The notes below the pieces were generated by a model that did no database searches, was not told where the DNA came from, and saw only the letters and a program-made list of their open reading frames with translations. A program made the translations under genes and the position numbers. A DNA stretch of 7,086 nucleotides, from the NCBI GenBank assembly GCA_964510585.1, contig CAZECW010000093.1:1-7086 (forward strand), read 5' to 3'. The number at the start of each line of letters is the position of its first letter. Within the stretch, counting starts at the first letter, position 1. This DNA comes from an uncultured archaeon. GTDB taxonomy: Archaea; Asgardarchaeota; Jordiarchaeia; Jordiarchaeales; Jordiarchaeaceae. Of this stretch, positions 5,891 through 7,086 are shown piece after piece.

Positions 5891-7086
5891 ATGAAAATAC
5901 TTCTAATTAATGTTCCTTATCCTCTAAATGAGTGCCCTACCATTCCTTTGGGGCTCTGCTATGTTGCAGCTGTAGCTGAGAAAGAAGGCTTTGAAGTTGA
6001 AATTCTCGACCTCCTCATTTCAAGGTTTTCAATTAAGAAAATTAAAGACAAAATGAGTGAATATAAGCCAGACATTGTGGGTACAGGTCCAGTCACAATG
6101 AATTATCCAATAGCGCTACGGATCACCGAAATTTGCAAGGAGTTTGGGGCCACAACAGTTATGGGTGGGTGTCACGTTACTTTTTATGACAAGAAGGCCT
6201 TGCAGGAAGCACCTTACCTAGATATCGTGGTTAGGGGAGAGGGAGAATATACCTTTTTGGACATTGTGAAGGGCAGAGACCTGAAGGACATTGATGGAAT
6301 AACTTATAGGGAAGATGGCCAAATCATTCAAAATCCTCCTAGGAAATTTATTGAGAATCTAGATGTGCTTCCTTGGCCAGCTAGGCATCTTGTTCCCATA
6401 TCAAAGTATCGTGCCTTCAAGTCTGGCTGTGACATGATGACTGGTAGGGGCTGCCCATACAGCTGTACTTTCTGTGTAGGGGGCAAAATGGTTGGCAAAA
6501 AGCCAAGATTTAGAGACATAGGTAAATGTGTGGACGAGATTGAGGAAATAGTTTACAAGTACGGCTTCAAAAGGATTAATGTAGTAGACGACCTTTTAAC
6601 AATCAATCATAAGAGGGTTTTCGCCTTCTGCGACGAACTAGACAACAGGGGACTTAAAATTGAATGGACGGCCTTCTCAAGAGTGGATACTGTCACCAAG
6701 GAAATTTTGACCCGAATGAAGGAGACGGGCTGCATTTTCATCCTTTACGGTGTTGAGAGCGGCAACCAGAAAATACTGGATTTGGCCAAGAAGAGAACCA
6801 CCCTCGAGAAAATAAGGAGAGGAGTAGCCATCTCAAACGAGGTGGGAATATGCACCCTCTCCTCCTTCATACTGGGCCTCCCAGGCGAAACAAAGGAAAC
6901 AATCAGTGAGTCCCTTGAGTTCGGCAAATCTTTGGGCAACTGGTACGGCTTCCACGTGCTTGCGCCCTATCCGGGTACTGAGGTTAGGGAGAGGGCTGAG
7001 GAGCTGGGGCTAAAAATTCTGCATAATGACTGGTTGAGGTATGATGCCAACCAGGCGGTTTCAGAAACAAAAGACGTCAGCGCCGA
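5891..7086 (+). CDS. Cobalamin (B12)-binding radical SAM protein, 3'-partial (at least 398 aa); not in the supplied ORF track
   Basis: My translation: MKILLINVPYP...PLGLCYVAA...PDIVG...VMGGCHVT...RGEGE (B12-binding domain), then GRGCPYSCTFC (CxxxCxxC at nt 6452-6475, C188/C192/C195), VDD, YGVESG, FILGLPGET and PYPGT. There is no stop before the window end. Confidence 0.92.
   Translation, partial: MKILLINVPYPLNECPTIPLGLCYVAAVAEKEGFEVEILDLLISRFSIKKIKDKMSEYKPDIVGTGPVTMNYPIALRITEICKEFGATTVMGGCHVTFYDKKALQEAPYLDIVVRGEGEYTFLDIVKGRDLKDIDGITYREDGQIIQNPPRKFIENLDVLPWPARHLVPISKYRAFKSGCDMMTGRGCPYSCTFCVGGKMVGKKPRFRDIGKCVDEIEEIVYKYGFKRINVVDDLLTINHKRVFAFCDELDNRGLKIEWTAFSRVDTVTKEILTRMKETGCIFILYGVESGNQKILDLAKKRTTLEKIRRGVAISNEVGICTLSSFILGLPGETKETISESLEFGKSLGNWYGFHVLAPYPGTEVRERAEELGLKILHNDWLRYDANQAVSETKDVSA

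Noticed and set aside
1-7086. Selenocysteine or pyrrolysine readthrough
   Set aside because: No supported CDS has an internal TGA/TAG. The CinA-like TAG is followed two codons later by TAA, and the TAG at 9-11 does not extend recognisable repeat homology.
1-7086. CRISPR array, IS/transposase, tRNA or rRNA
   Set aside because: No regularly spaced DNA repeats, transposase motifs or cloverleaf/rRNA signatures were seen.

Overview
Probably archaeal chromosomal DNA (inferred from the gene families, GGAGG/GAGGTG-type SD sites, TATA-like AT boxes and oligo-T tracts after genes). It holds five coding regions. (1) An uncharacterised protein built from a ~40-aa alpha-helical repeat, apparently 5'-truncated (144-878, +). 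(2) A stand-alone FMN-binding glutamate-synthase-family protein with an N-terminal Cys4 cluster (952-2544, -). (3) A CinA-like molybdopterin-binding (COG1058-type) protein without a PncC domain, probably starting at TTG 3176 (+). (4) Immediately downstream, a divergent IlvD/Edd-family dehydratase (3980-5617, +). (5) A cobalamin-binding radical SAM enzyme that runs off the right edge and is missing from the supplied ORF track (5891->7086, +). I see no tRNA, rRNA, CRISPR array or transposase. The best leads are the repeat protein, the CinA-like/divergent IlvD gene pair, complementarity between the two flanks of the glutamate-synthase-like gene, and a hairpin that occludes the CinA-like SD. All are hypotheses; no new system can be demonstrated from the sequence alone.
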